Source of the DNA: Ophelia neglecta
Taxonomy: Eukaryota
NCBI GenBank assembly: GCA_965285935.1
Contig: OZ260663.1
Span: 22,444,001-22,508,000 of the forward strand
Direction: 5' to 3'
Length of the DNA: 64,000 nucleotides
In this document: in pieces, positions 1 to 13,012 of the stretch
Layout: each line of letters opens with the position of its first letter
Numbering within the stretch: the first letter of the stretch is position 1
Made by a program: the position numbers and the translations under genes
Notes under the pieces: generated by a model
Databases searched by the model: none
What the model was told of the DNA's origin: nothing
The model's input: the letters and a program-made list of their open reading frames with translations, nothing else

Positions 1-401
1 CGTGAGAATTGTGGGTAGAATCTATAATTAATCGAAACAAGTTATTGGCAAATGTGCGTAGCCTCGCAAAGTCATTTCTTGTGAGATAAACATTTGTCAG
101 CAAATAGTTTTCACATTATCCGAGCAACTATCGCTATTGTTTTTTGGTTTTTTTCGCGTTGCTGTCTCGACGGAGAATTGTCAGTAATAGAAGTTGATAA
201 ATAATGGGCAGAACCAGTCGTTTCGTGTCAATTTGCTCTTTCATGATTTGATTTAATTGCCTAATATGCGAGACTGTTAATGAATAATGGGGTTCTGCCG
301 CCATTTTCGACACGAAGCAGTCATATACCGTGCCTCATTCGCAGGCGTCTCATAAACTATTTATAAGATGTTTTTAGTAGGCAATTAGAAAACAATTGTG
401 C

Positions 402-405
<4 letters not shown>

Positions 406-433
<28 letters not shown>
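406..433. repeat. (TA)14 microsatellite
   Basis: Directly visible. Confidence 0.95.
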
Positions 434-437
<4 letters not shown>

Positions 438-447
438 GCTTTGATAG

Positions 448-491
448 ATTAATCTGGGACTAGTATTCAATATACTAGTCCCAGGATTAAT
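448..491. repeat. Short inverted repeat (hairpin)
   Basis: TGGGACTAGTAT-tcaat-ATACTAGTCCCA perfect 12-bp stem, extended by attaatc/gattaat with a 1-nt bulge. Confidence 0.8.
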
Positions 492-1876
492 ATTCCATTT
501 TTAAAAAGAAGAAGGGAACGTTTATTATGTAGCACAGCGGAGGTGGGAGGTGGATGGGGTGGAGGGTGCAGGGGGTGCAGGGGGTAGGGTGGAGGGGACG
601 GGGGGTGGGGTTAGATATCTTAATACTTAATCGGTATTATTTACATGAATTACAAACTATTTAGACTGTTGTTATTTTAAATCATGCAGATGACTGTGTA
701 TTAAATGTTATATTTTTAACTGCTAGCTAATATTGACTGTTATGCTTATTTTATGGGACTGCCTTCCTATTTATTAAGTCTGTGATGTTAATCGTCAATA
801 GATCATGTGTCTTGTGCACCTTTGTGCAGCGTATTGTGTCGCCATATCGATGCTGTGTGTTTGTACCAAATTGTATAAGGAACTAATAAGAACGGGGATG
901 GGGTGAGGTGGCAAACGATAAGCGACAACATTTTGCCGATCAACCCGTGAAAAATTTCCCTCCCCCCGCCCCTCCGTTCGATTTAAAGTTTAAAGTTAGG
1001 GGGGCCAACTTTTAAGTATTTGGGAAAGCATTGATGTGGCTGATAATAAGTGACCCCCCCCTCCCTAGGAGTATGGTAAACATTGCTGCCCCCCTTGAAG
1101 GGTTGCCAAACCATTCTGCCCCCCCCCCCCCGGCCCCCGACAACAAAAAGTGGACACTTACCTTAAAGCAACTTTTGACAAGTAATATGCCGACCCCTAA
1201 TACATTAAACGGCAATGAATTTGACGTAACAAGGGGACACGCGTGAAGCACGTCGTTCAGTTTAGTACTTCGGCGACGAGGCTATCGTCTTAGACAATGT
1301 CACCCGCGGGAACTCGATCTTCACTTCTGTATATCATAACTGTCGTCTGCCAAATATAGCAAACATGGTAATATATCTATAAGTCGTGTTATGCGGAGAT
1401 GGTTCCATGCAGGCCAAGCTATAATGTGTAAGTTAACAATGGAAAACAATGGATGTACGATCCCACCATCTCTTTCAGCACGACCCCACTGTTTTTTCGC
1501 ATTGACCGAGATGCTTCTCACAGACTTCGAATTCATATTTGCAGACACATTCGCTTTAATTATGAAATTTGATCAGCGGGATAGTTGAAATTAAAGAACG
1601 CGTAAAGGAAGCCTATACTGTTCCGCTTAGCCTGGTATTCTATCCATTGGGAACGTTTGCTCGCAACTTTTGATTTAACTACAAGAATGAAAATATTTGT
1701 ATAAAATTAACAATAAGACGAAATATCTGGCCTCTTCAAGGTGACATTTTAATCATATACCCCATAGTTAAAGTCGTGTTAAAGTTATGTTGATGCAGAG
1801 CTTGAGACATACCTATGATCTTATGAACGTTCACTGGCTATATACAGTCACAATGCAAAGCCAGGCGTACAACATC

Positions 1877-2132
1877 ATTTGGTACCCCGGATGTTTAGTC
1901 CCCCGGACTCAAAACCCCAGTGTAATAAGACCCGGGACGAAATATACCGGTATTTTGGGACCGGCGGGGGTTATAAACCAGGATTTCGAGACCTTGTCGC
2001 CAATATACTAGATTTTCTAGACCACGAAGCTTAAAATACCAGGGTTTTAAGACCGGGGGACTGCCGGGTTTGGTTCAGAAATGTAGTCCAGGGGACCTTC
2101 CACCCAGGGGACTCAAAAAGCTTTTACAGCGG
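1877..2132 (+). mobile_element. Interspersed repeat family A, copy 1 (~260 bp non-autonomous element)
   Basis: Its reverse complement aligns along its length with 17779-18038 and 21469-21749 (shared tgtaaaag...ttttgagtccc, ctagaa, ccgcc.gtccca, gggttttgagtc). Confidence 0.8.
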
Positions 2133-4299
2133 TACAAGCTCGTATAGGCAGCTACCATTTGACATTTTTACTCTTTTTTTGTAAAACAACTTTAAGTCAC
2201 TTTTTACATCAATGTTTCTTATTGTGTTTTTTTCTTCAACAAAACACCCGAGTTACATTTTTTTTCTCACCTCCCATAGTCAGATCTATTTTCGTCAGAA
2301 ATCAGGGTAACGTTGTATTCCAGTGCATTGGTGACCCCCCCTACCTCCCCCCCCCCCCTCCTACCACTTTGACATCAAATTAATGGTTGGTGCCTAACGA
2401 AATATTTAAATTCTCCCACATGAAATGATTAAGAGGGCTGATTCACTACATCGTATCCATTGCGATATCCCAATTTCAGTCGCTTTAATTGCCGATCACT
2501 TGGAAAATAATTCGCTATGTCATGAAACAAATGACGTGTAAGTGATTATATTAACATTGCAAGATTGTCTGGCGACATTTCCCATCGATACAAAACTTTG
2601 TCAAACATGGGAAAGTGGATAAGCGATTTGATTGGCCGTCTAGTTCATGGTTTGTATACACGGGCGCACAGGGTAAACGGAGTCACAGACTGGACGGCCC
2701 GCGTCACGGAGGGCAGACGACCAGACACACACACACTGACGACCACGCAGGCCCCGAAGTGGCGGGATATCCAACGATGCACAATGGTAGGAAGTGTGTG
2801 GGGGGGGGGGGGGAAGGGGGGGGGGCTGTATGAATGCATGATACATTTATAGAAGAACTTTCAAGTTAATGATACGATACGGTTACTCCGAGCAATCATT
2901 CATCTGTGGCTAACTATATTTCTATCAAACTTGCACCGACATACCGGGCCCGACATCAACACAGCAGATGCATGTCGCACTCGGCTATATAGCAAGTTGT
3001 AATATATAGTAACAATATAGTTCACTTATAAAGGTAAACATCATAAGAAGCAATTTAAATGTTTTTATTTTCGACAAGGCATTTTCATGATATTTCGAAT
3101 TTTAGAGATATAACTAACGTTAGTGTCATGGAAGTATCATATCTTCAAAGTAAAAAGGAAAAACCCGCTTTGGAAATACCCCACGTCTTGCTTTGAATCG
3201 TGGGATCTCCCCCCCCCCCACCACCTCCACCCCCCCCCCCCCCCAATGTATGGCCAATCCTCGAGTTTTCGGAATCGAAGGCGGAAAATGATCCTTTATT
3301 TGGCTACGATACCCAGACGACATTTTGTCGGTCTATTGAAACCCGTCACCGGCCTTTTCTGTGGGAACATAAATATATGTTTTTCCCCACACATTTTATC
3401 AATTAAAGCAATTCGCCTAAAAGGTGTTATTTGCATTTAAATGAGAAATGACTAACACTTTTCAACCCAAGCCGGCAAAACAGGCAAAACAAATGTCATG
3501 CAATAAATATTCGTGAATGGAAAACAAATAGAAGTAGAGATCTAGTAGCTTAAATGCACCAATTCGATGAGTGCATACCAAGTAGATACGTAGGCTTATA
3601 GCTCCACCTAGTATTCGAAATTCTATAAACTTATTATAAAAATAGACATGACCGGCTGGCGAAGCCAATTCGCTTACTTGGGGATCAGGCCAAAAGGTCG
3701 CCTCGATGTCGCATGATTTAAGTTAATAAATCTATTTTCATATATATTTATAATATAACTACCAGCGCCTATATATCCATACCCCTCACCCCCTATCCAA
3801 CCCCGGGCCCTAACGATATCCCCCCTGTAAATGTTGAACAATGTTCCACCTATAGATGTTTGAGTATATAGGGCAGCATATAGAAGATGCCAATTATGGC
3901 TGAGACAGATTTTCAAAAAATGTCTGAATTTTGTCTGAAATTTAATGATTGTTCAAATAGAATTTTCAAAAAAGAGATTTTTTCAAAAAATGTCTGCCAC
4001 CAGGAGCCTGATAAAGCTTATTTCAAACTAAACATGGTTGATCTGAAACAACTTTTGGCCTTACATCATACACAATACCATAATTTGTCAGCCGTTAAGC
4101 GATAGCTTATCAACGAACATTAAATTCCTTACTCCTTATAGCAAATTTGATTTTTTCTTTTATTCGATCTAGTATTTTCCTGCCATTACACGTTTTTGAG
4201 AACTTAGCGAGTGTAATTACGCGCTTTACAAGTATTATCAAGAAAGGAATCTGTAATTTTTTCAGAGGATCCATGTATAGAGGCTTCTACTTTATTCTT

Positions 4300-4460
4300 C
4301 CGCCAGGTACCCACTCGTTTCCTGGGTGGAAAGTGGCATAGAGAGGTTCTTGTTCTTGTTCGTTAGCAAAGGAACCACACGATTGCCTCCGTTTAAAGGT
4401 GATTCCCGGTCCTTCCGTTTGTGAGCCAACCTAGCTGGTCACTCGGCACACATGCCTTGT
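4300..4460 (-). mobile_element. Degraded tRNA-derived SINE fragment
   Basis: ccaggtacccactcgtttcctgggtggaaagtggca resembles the ccaggtaccca...cctgggtggagagaggca central domain of widespread invertebrate tRNA-SINEs, followed by a decayed reverse-oriented head region. Recognised from memory only. Confidence 0.4.
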
Positions 4461-5262
4461 GATCACCTGGTCTTTTTCCAGGCACGTGACAGGAAATAAA
4501 GTTGAAAGTAAAGTAAACAAGTAATTATTTATAACAGCCGGCCTGATGTCGTAGCCGCCCGCGCTCTATAGTCTGCCAGCTTGACGTTCCTGCAGCAGGT
4601 TTATCATAATCTGTAAGTCGCCTGAAGTTGGCAGCAGGAACTATTTGGCACATTTATTGTTGGCAGATTTTTGAAATGTCGTTATGATTTACGCAAAGGC
4701 CTACAACCAACAAAAGGCCTAATCTTTAACTTGGCACAGGATATAGGCCTATTGGCGGTTTTCAAGTCAACCGCCCAATCCAACAAATTGTCCTGTCTGC
4801 CATCATTTAGCGATGAACAGTACATGTAGTTACATATCATGCAGGTGGACAGAAGTTACACCAAAGTGGTGAATTACCCATAATCATGATCCAGGAGCCA
4901 TTGTGGCTTCTATTTGAATGAAACCTTTGATTTGTGTAGGCCTAATTTAGAATCTGTAACCTGTAACTAGACAATGTCAGATCTTTATTCATTGCTACCA
5001 ATATTTCTACTTTCTTGTCTAACAGACGAACATTGCAGCGGCCTTTCCTTAACCCTTTGGTATCTATAGGATTTCGGTATTTACAATAAATTCCCTACTA
5101 CTGGAATTGTATCCATAGCGTAAATAGAGTTACAGTTTGATAGTTCCCTGCAGGTCTGATGTCTTGTGAAGAGAAAGGTGGCAGAGAAAGCGAGCTAAGT
5201 AGCGATTTAGCCTAGGTCTACCATAGTTTTCGCGTCTGTTACAACCATGTCGTGCTTAAATA

Positions 5263-6058
5263 ACCCTGGTTTTCCCTACATGCGGCACTGAACATACAAA
5301 CCTCGGTTTCTCCTATATATATACAGAGATGTGTATACCGAGAGATTAGAATCGGGGCCTCCTTATTCATTGCGCAAATGGTAATAGGTTAATCGCCCAC
5401 GAGCTCACGCTGTACTCGGGATTTTGTGCGCGAATTTACGAGAGCCGCCATTGAGTTCACATCAAGGAAGCCAATGGACATCAAACACAAACAGAAATAA
5501 ATTGGCGTAGTCGGCGTTATACTCCATCTCAGAAGGAAAATTAGGTGCATTTCGCCTTGTACTTCTGCCGAAAATGTTCGGTCAAAAGTCAATTTGGTTT
5601 AATGAATATGTGTTTTTGACTACTTTGAATACCAATTAATGTGGTATACTTCACAAATAGACCAAAATGCTCCTCATAGTGTCATGATGAAACCTCTTTA
5701 TATCGTGGCTTGTCGGCAATAATCCACAAGACTCCTGTAAAAATTGCCTCACGGTGTATAATAGATGAGTAATTTTCCATTTTCAATCGTTATCCGCGCA
5801 GAAAAAAAAAAAAAAAAAGTTTTCTGGGGCTATTCCGGATTGATGGAGCTTTCTTGTAGTTCGTTTACAAATTGGCTCGTCCGGACACTTATGCGCATGT
5901 GCGACCTGATTCGCAGCTCATTAGCATTGGAATACCGCTCCTTGCGACCGAGGGCCCCGATTCCAATCTCTCAGTATATACATCTCTGATATATACGAGG
6001 CTCTGGCCCTACAAGCCCCGGTTTCCTCTACATGGGGCCCTGGACATACAAAGCCCGG
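5263..6058 (+). repeat. ~37-bp degenerate tandem repeat interrupted by the 5324-5988 MITE
   Basis: The unit ~cccyggtttyyycctacatgsggcmctgracatacaaa occurs on both sides of the MITE. Confidence 0.6.
5324..5988. mobile_element. MITE (~665 bp) with 36-bp terminal inverted repeats, inserted at a TA-rich site
   Basis: Left CAGAGATGTGTATACCGAGAGATTAGAATCGGGGCC (5324-5359) versus reverse complement of 5953-5988 CAGAGATGTATATACTGAGAGATTGGAATCGGGGCC: 33/36 identical. Flanked by TA/AT runs; non-coding interior. Confidence 0.8.
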
Positions 6059-7984
6059 TACACTTCAAACAGGCCGAATACGAAGTTTTAAAAGGGCCTG
6101 CTTTTGTTTATATATAGCTTATCAACCCGCCTGACCTGTAGGCCTGTATGTCTATCAGTCCCTTCTTCAGGTAAGCGCAGACGACACACCACTCTCTGTT
6201 TTCATCCCATTATCCACGAAAGCATAATCATGTACGTGCATGGGTGCAGTTTTACATGAACGACCAATATACGAGTTCAAAGTGAACATTCTTAAAAACC
6301 AATCTATGTATTGAGATATTATTTTTGGAAAATTCAATCTGTCACTATTATTACAGACGATTTTAAACAGAAATATCCTAGAGTCAAATAACAGTATTCC
6401 CTATGTAATCAAACAAACAGGGCATGTTTTAACGCTTATTCGGTCAGCAGACGGCTTGTGCCGGGGTGAAAAGAATCGAATCGAATCGTATTTTCGATTC
6501 GCGTATACAATCCTTCAGACAGTGCTCCAGAGACGGGAGTCAGCCAGTCTCCGAAATCGAATGACAGCCGGCTAATCGGGGGGCTTTACGAGCAGACCTA
6601 AGTGTAGTTCATTAAAACACCAACTTTTCCTCAGTGTATTGGCACTTGGAATGAACACCAAGTGCACCAATTTATTGTCAAATCAGGTTAGGAAAGCCTC
6701 ATAAACGAAGATGCGCTCTGAAATTTGGCATATGCAGCTTTTTCGACGCGACTCATTAGTTTTTTGTAACGAGTTGTCGCCAATCTGGCGATGTTTTTGC
6801 GCGGGCATTGTGTAAAAGGAGACGGCATTTACAAACTTCATATAACATGTCATAATATGATGGCAGTAACGTCGCCACTCGGAACTGCGCCCGAGCGTAG
6901 AGGCGGCGACATGACTGTCATTGACAGTCAATGTCACGGAAAATTAGCCATTTTCACGCTGGATCAAAGTCCTTGTTGTCAATTATCGAACAATTTAAAT
7001 GACTTGTCATTTGCCTTTCAAACCCCGTTCGATATTTGCGATTTTTTTTCCATTTTAGTAGGGTCCTGCGCGACCAATGATCGATTCGTTAGTGGGTTCC
7101 GTGTGGCGGGTGTTTTAGCCGAGACCACACACAACACATCGGCCCGCCTATATAGAAAATATACTGGGTTATATGTCAACGGCGGCTTGCAGCCTTTTTC
7201 TTTTCATTTTGATAAAGATATCAGTGCTGCACAGTAACTTTTATTTGTAACATTTCAGCTGAATAGCCTATCGCAGCTGTCGCCAGTCTTCGGGCGTCAT
7301 TCTTTGATCAGCACACTTCAAAGAGTATCATAATTAGCCTTTCTTAAGTTCATCTTTGTTCTCATAAAAACACCCAGTTGACGTTGAAATATTTCACCAG
7401 GTAACAACTCTAAATATTACGCAGTATATAGATCGCAATTGTCTAAATTATCAGAGAGCTTTCTGAATTATTTGCAGGTTAAATAAAATCAATGGATTCC
7501 TGAGCCTGATCTTACTATTGTTTCGGTGATCATGAGACCAGGAGAACCTGCCACGTGTCTCAGTCTCCATTCACAGTTTAATGATATATAATGTCCCCGC
7601 TGCCGGATACAATTAAGTATATTAATACATGTCATATCTATTCATTATTCATTATGTTCGACTTATCAACTTCACAGTGCTTCAGCGATAATGGTAACGC
7701 CTGTTATCATGACAAAAAAGGCCAGAAATTTTACAGTTGTTTATTTCATAGCGAAGTTTAGTCAAAATGAGGACGTTAATAACAGAATCTGGAAATCGAA
7801 AGCCTGCGTTACAAAACAAGTATTGATTCACCACTCTCAATACTTACATTTAGATTGATTCTTGCACCACCCATAGATCTGATTTGATGTATACCCGAGA
7901 GTCACGTGACCTCGTCTAATGAGTCGTACCATACCCACCGGGTGCTGAGGACCATAGCCTGTACAAGGCAACCTACTGATTGGG

Positions 7985-9372
7985 TGGGTTATTGTCTGAG
8001 TATGGTGTGTTATTGTCTAGGTATGGTGTAACTGTCTGGGTATGGTGTGTTATTGTCTGGCTATGGTGTGTTATTGTCTGGGTATGGTGTGTTATTGTCT
8101 GGGTATGCTGTAAATGTCTGGGTATGATGAGTTATTGTCTGGGTATGGTGTGTTATTGTCTGGGTATGGTGTTATTGTCTGGGTATGGTGTTATTGTCTG
8201 GGTATGATGTATTTTTGTCTGGGTGTGGTAAGTTATTTTCTGAGTATGGTGTGTTATTGTCTGGGTATATGTGTATTAGTTTGGGTATGGTGTGTTATTG
8301 TCTGAATATAGTGTGTTTATGTCTGGGTAGGGTGTGTTATTGTCTTGGTGTCATTCATTATTGTCTTGGTGTGATGCGTTATTGGTATTAATGGTGTGAA
8401 ATTGTCTTGTTATAGAGTTATTAGGTTGGAATGTTTTGTTAATGCCTGGGTACGGTGAGTTATTGTCTGGGTACGGTGAGGTATTGTCTTGGTACGGTGT
8501 GTTATTGTCTGGGTACAGTGTGTTATTGTCTGGGTACGGTGTGTTATTGTCTGGGTACGGTGTGTTATTCTCTGGGTATGGAGTTTTATTCGCTTGGTAT
8601 AATGTTGTTATCAGCATATGGTGTGTTTTTGGATGAGAATGGAGTATTATTGTCGGGGTATTAAGTACTATTGTCTGTGTTGTTGATGTGTATGGCGTTA
8701 TTGTAGTGGTATGGAGTCTTATTGGTGGGGGACGGAGTGTTCTTGTCGGGGTGCGATGGGTTTTTTTCGTAGTATGGAGTGTTATTGGCTAGGCGCGGGG
8801 TGCTATTGTCGTGGTATGGAGTGTTAATGGTGGGGTATGGAGTGTTATTACTGGGGTATGGTGTGTTATTACTGGGGTGTTGAGTGTTATAAGCGGGGTG
8901 CGGTGTGTTATTGTTGTGGTATAGATTGTTATTGGCTGGGTGCGGTGCGTTATTGTCGTGTTATGAGTGTTATTGGCTGGGTGTGGTGTGTTATTTCCGT
9001 GTTATTGGCTGGGTGTGGTGTGTTATTGTCGTGGTATGGAGTGTTATTGGCTGGGTGCGGTGTGTTATTGTCGTGGTATGGAGTGTTATTGGCTGGGTGC
9101 GGTGTGTTATTGTCGTGGTATGGTGTTTTATTGGCTGGGTATGGTGTGTAAGCAGAGTTCTGACGTGCCCTGCCGCAACACGAGACCAGCCAACCAGGCA
9201 ATTAAGTCTGATCAAAAAGTATGTCCGAGGACTGTATGTGCACATAGAAGGCGTCATGTTTGCCTGGCTGGCTGGGCCTCATGGTTCGCGGACGGACACG
9301 TCCCAGACAAATCCTAAACTCTCTATTGGCTGGGTAGGGTGCATTTTGTCGAGGTATGGGGCGTTATCTTTG
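7985..9372 (+). repeat. 21-bp minisatellite (GTGTTATTGTCTGGGTATGGT), ~55 degenerate units, with a 42-bp higher-order repeat near 9000-9145
   Basis: Directly visible; explains the repetitive ORFs (GVLLSGY, PYPDNNT etc.). Confidence 0.95.
9149..9324. mobile_element. Small hairpin MITE inserted near the end of the 21-bp minisatellite
   Basis: gacgtgccctgccgcaacacgagaccagccaaccaggcaa (9162-9201) is an imperfect inverted copy of ttgcctggctggctgggcctcatggttcgcggacggacacgtc (9260-9302); satellite units resume at ~9325. Confidence 0.7.
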
Positions 9373-12300
9373 GGTTTAAATGATTAATTTCTCTTGTTAT
9401 GATACGAAATAAAAGTCTTTTCTTTCCAGTAAAAAAAGTTCCTGAATGGCTATACACTCGATACATTGGTTCTTTACGAATAAGAAGTCACTGATAGAAC
9501 AATTTCATTAAAGTCAGTTAGGGCAGTGGACTTCTAAAAATGGGGTGATCCTTTTATTGGACAACGAGAAATCTATGAGGATACTATTGAAAGCATCTTC
9601 AATAAAATATCTTGAACAACGATAGAACCCAAAAGCGGACTTCTGATGTTTTACTCTGACGCGCTATAATTATACAGTACTTTACAAACTTGATAGCCCA
9701 TGGACTATTTATTTCCCTAGTTGAGCGCCACGTCCATCCCGTCACTTCGTTGCTCACCCCCAGCGGCCAGCCCCCAACCGCCCGTCCCCGACACTATATA
9801 TTTCATTCAGTCGTCATCCCTGCGTCGTGTAGTCGCTATCATATGTCGTCCACAGTTGGCGGCCGTCTGCCTAGAGGAGGTAGATAAATGTCGGCTGGTT
9901 CAGGGTTCCTGCCAGCCTGTAATTGTAGTAATGTTAGCCCAGTTATCGTATCAGCTGATAATGGAGTCATGGCGACACTTTTTCCCGGCGCTGGTCTCAG
10001 CTGTCGACGGAGTATGCAGCCTCGAGTCCCGCTAGCGGAAGGACGTCAGGCCGGGAGAGACGCCCTGCTGAGGAATGGTACAAATATAACTGTCGCCTCC
10101 GTTAAAGTTTTGCTTTGATCTAGACAACCTCGGCTATAAGTTATGCCAATTTATAGACATAGGTAACTTTTTATCGTTAAGCATATGCGACTTAACTTTC
10201 AAATAAATCGACGAGTCCTTTCGGACGCTTGTCTCTACCTGAGAGATTAATAGATCATTCACTTTTATCACAACTTACTTCTCCGAGCACATTTTTCATC
10301 GTATGGTCTACGGTCATTTTTTGTACTTTTCTCATTTGTTAGCCCATGTGCTGCGCAGTTTTAGAACCCTTCATGCGCCCAATCAGAATTCCGATTAGCC
10401 CGAGAGCGGCGGCGGCAGATAATTTACCCAGAGTGCGCCCCTGTCGGTATCGATGCCGGCAGATAAGATAATATCTGTTGGCTCCCTACTGAGGCCGGCG
10501 GCGGGGGGCCAGTGGGACCTCTCAGTGCACAAGGAGAGACACAACTTGAGGCTTTACTCACTAATGAGCAATGACCTTTACGTCCTATTGTATTACATTG
10601 AGTCTGATTAGAAGCGGAAGATGGCGAGCGTGATTTGACCCCTATCTTTTCGTCTGCTGGGTCAGATTGCTCAAGACATCTTTGCCGCTTAGTTCCATCA
10701 GGGAATATGCCGGCAGAGAAGAGACCAAAGTCCTGAGCAGCTGACATGCCACCGTAAAAGCTTTATCATATAAAACCCTCTACCACGTAAAAAAATGTCA
10801 AACGCTTGTCTTATTTATTAATTGTTTTCTTCTTCGGAAGGTCGCTGACCATCTTCATGCATCCATTTTTGCTTGATTGCTTGCATGCGTGAAAGCAGCC
10901 TACAATTGCCTCCATATGGAACGGTCAACTTCCACTGTGTGTGCTCCATATATCGGCCTGGGGCGTGCTCTTTATTTATGACGAGGAGGGGGTAAGTACG
11001 AGGGGAAGGGGGCGTGGAAAAAAAATGATACACCATAAAATAAGGGGGGTTAAGCGATTTTAGACCCTATAGACTTATAGACCATATATAGTATTGCCGT
11101 GGGCCTCGTTTCGCAAAACATTCCGTATATAATTAAGAACAAGTCAAAAGTAAACATAATTTGTATAATTAATTCAAAAAGGTTTCCACATTCAGGGCTT
11201 CATGTAATTATTCATACGTTCATATTATTCATACATTCATACGCATTAACACAACAAATGACTATATGACCAAATTTTCGCATCCCCAAATATATCATCC
11301 TTGCAGAAGTCACTTCAATAATGACAAATATCCGGATGTAACTTACAATAAGTGCTGTTATAAGTTTTTTGTGTGATTACAAAATATCTACTGTTCTGTC
11401 AATTTTAATAATCAACAAATCAGTGCCATTAAAACGTTATGTGATTTCAAAATTTGTCTTCCTTACTTACCACCTATAAAGGGAATATATCGGCCTTAAG
11501 TTTGAAACGACTTTTACGGTGGATCAACACTTGATAAAACTTAGAAAATGCAGGGCACAACCATTTAGGTGCACCATTGAGAGGGGGGGGGGGGGTCCGG
11601 GTTGGTGATGGCGGTGGCGGGGGGGGGGGGGGGGGGGGGAGGGTGAGGGAGCGGGCAGCCCTGTCATTCCAAATGATGACCGCCTTCTAACAGTCTTCCG
11701 TGCATAACCTCGATTGGATGTTGGCTGCTCATGATCTAGACGGCCGACGCAAACCCAAATCCGCCCGAACTCCGAATTTAGGAGTTCCATCGATTCCCGC
11801 CACAGAATGCGGAAGTATAGACTGTGCTGACTCCTTCCGATGAAGGGCGCCATGGCCGTGACATCCCTTCTGTCATCAGCCCGACATTGGCCCCTATCGC
11901 CCTCACTGTAGTTATCAAAGCTGGCGGGACTGGGGCCGGTCTCCCCTGACCGGCTCCGACAGGAGGGCCGAGGCAGACCTCGTGGCGGCCAGCCACTCAG
12001 CACACAACGTTTAAAAGCTACAGGAGTGGAACATGACGGGCGGAAATGTAACATCCAAGCCCCTAAGACTAACAACAGTCCTTTGCCCAAGTCTGTTTGG
12101 CGCCTCTGATATTAGATGACGTTAATGTAGTTCTTGACGAACTCCAAGCTAACCGGGAGCAGGAAAAATGCGGTCGTTCTAAAGAGAATAATAATCCTCT
12201 AGCCGAGTCTCTTGTGTTCTCTTGGCGGGTAAAGCCATTATCTCCTGCTCGTGTCTGGGTCCTATCTTACAACATGCACATATTTGTGATGATACGAACA

Positions 12301-12900
12301 CAATTTGTCTTTATTAAACTCTTTGTAAATGTGTGTAGGTTGCTCCAAAATTTTGTTAAGAACTATTTTGTGTAACATTCGGCCATTGCCAGAACTTATC
12401 ACCAAGCCAAGGCAGCGTTTAGGACATAGGCCTATCCGTACTTGAGTCGGACAGAGCATGTGCAGTTTCGTACGTAAACACGTACAAGTTTGAAAACTGA
12501 TAGGCGACCCCAAATCGTTTTTGCGGCTAATTAAGCTCCACACCTACATACGAATATATATATATAGGCCTATATATATTTAAGTGTACATACAACCGAC
12601 TTCATCACTGATGACCATGGAAGTTTCTGACTTAACCTCATTTGACGCGTGTTAAAGCTTGCTCAACTGGAAGTAGGTATCGTTGTGACCAGTAGCACAG
12701 TAGCTTGTCTGCAAAGTTCCTTGTGAGCGAACCCTGGTATATAGGTTATATATGTAATTATATTCACTAGAATCCCCTATAGTTTTCTGAATGGACAAAC
12801 CTTCAAAATACTGACTTTTTTGGCCGTTCGCGGACAACTCGTCACTTGCATTTCCGTCAACATTAAACATTCTTAACGAATAATTCAACCGGACAACTAT

Positions 12901-13012
12901 ATAGAGGAAGCCGCTTATGATCACAAGAGGAGTCTGTATTTTATTTTGTAAAAGAGATTAATAGAGAAAGCCGCTTCTGATCATAAGAGGAGTCTGTATT
13001 TTATTCGTGGAG
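12901..13012 (+). repeat. 60-bp tandem duplication
   Basis: atagagRaagccgcttMtgatcaYaagaggagtctgtattttatt at 12901 and 12961. Confidence 0.9.

Noticed and set aside
995-1165. Poly-G/C-containing fragments (also ~2330-2397, 11550-11690, 18940-18970, 29040-29520) resembling MITE ends
   Set aside because: Probably repeat debris, but I could not pair their termini or align copies confidently.
6791-7237. 148-aa plus-strand ORF
   Set aside because: No recognisable domain or exon structure; the sequence looks like a motif-rich non-coding island.
7980-9387. Repetitive ORFs (GVLLSGY, PYPDNNT, YCLG repeats) and CRISPR-like periodicity
   Set aside because: Contiguous 21-bp minisatellite without spacers; eukaryotic context with no cas genes.
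11524-12090. 188-aa minus-strand ORF with a poly-Pro tail
   Set aside because: Non-ATG start, GC-rich and poly-G origin, no domain; more likely regulatory or repeat DNA.
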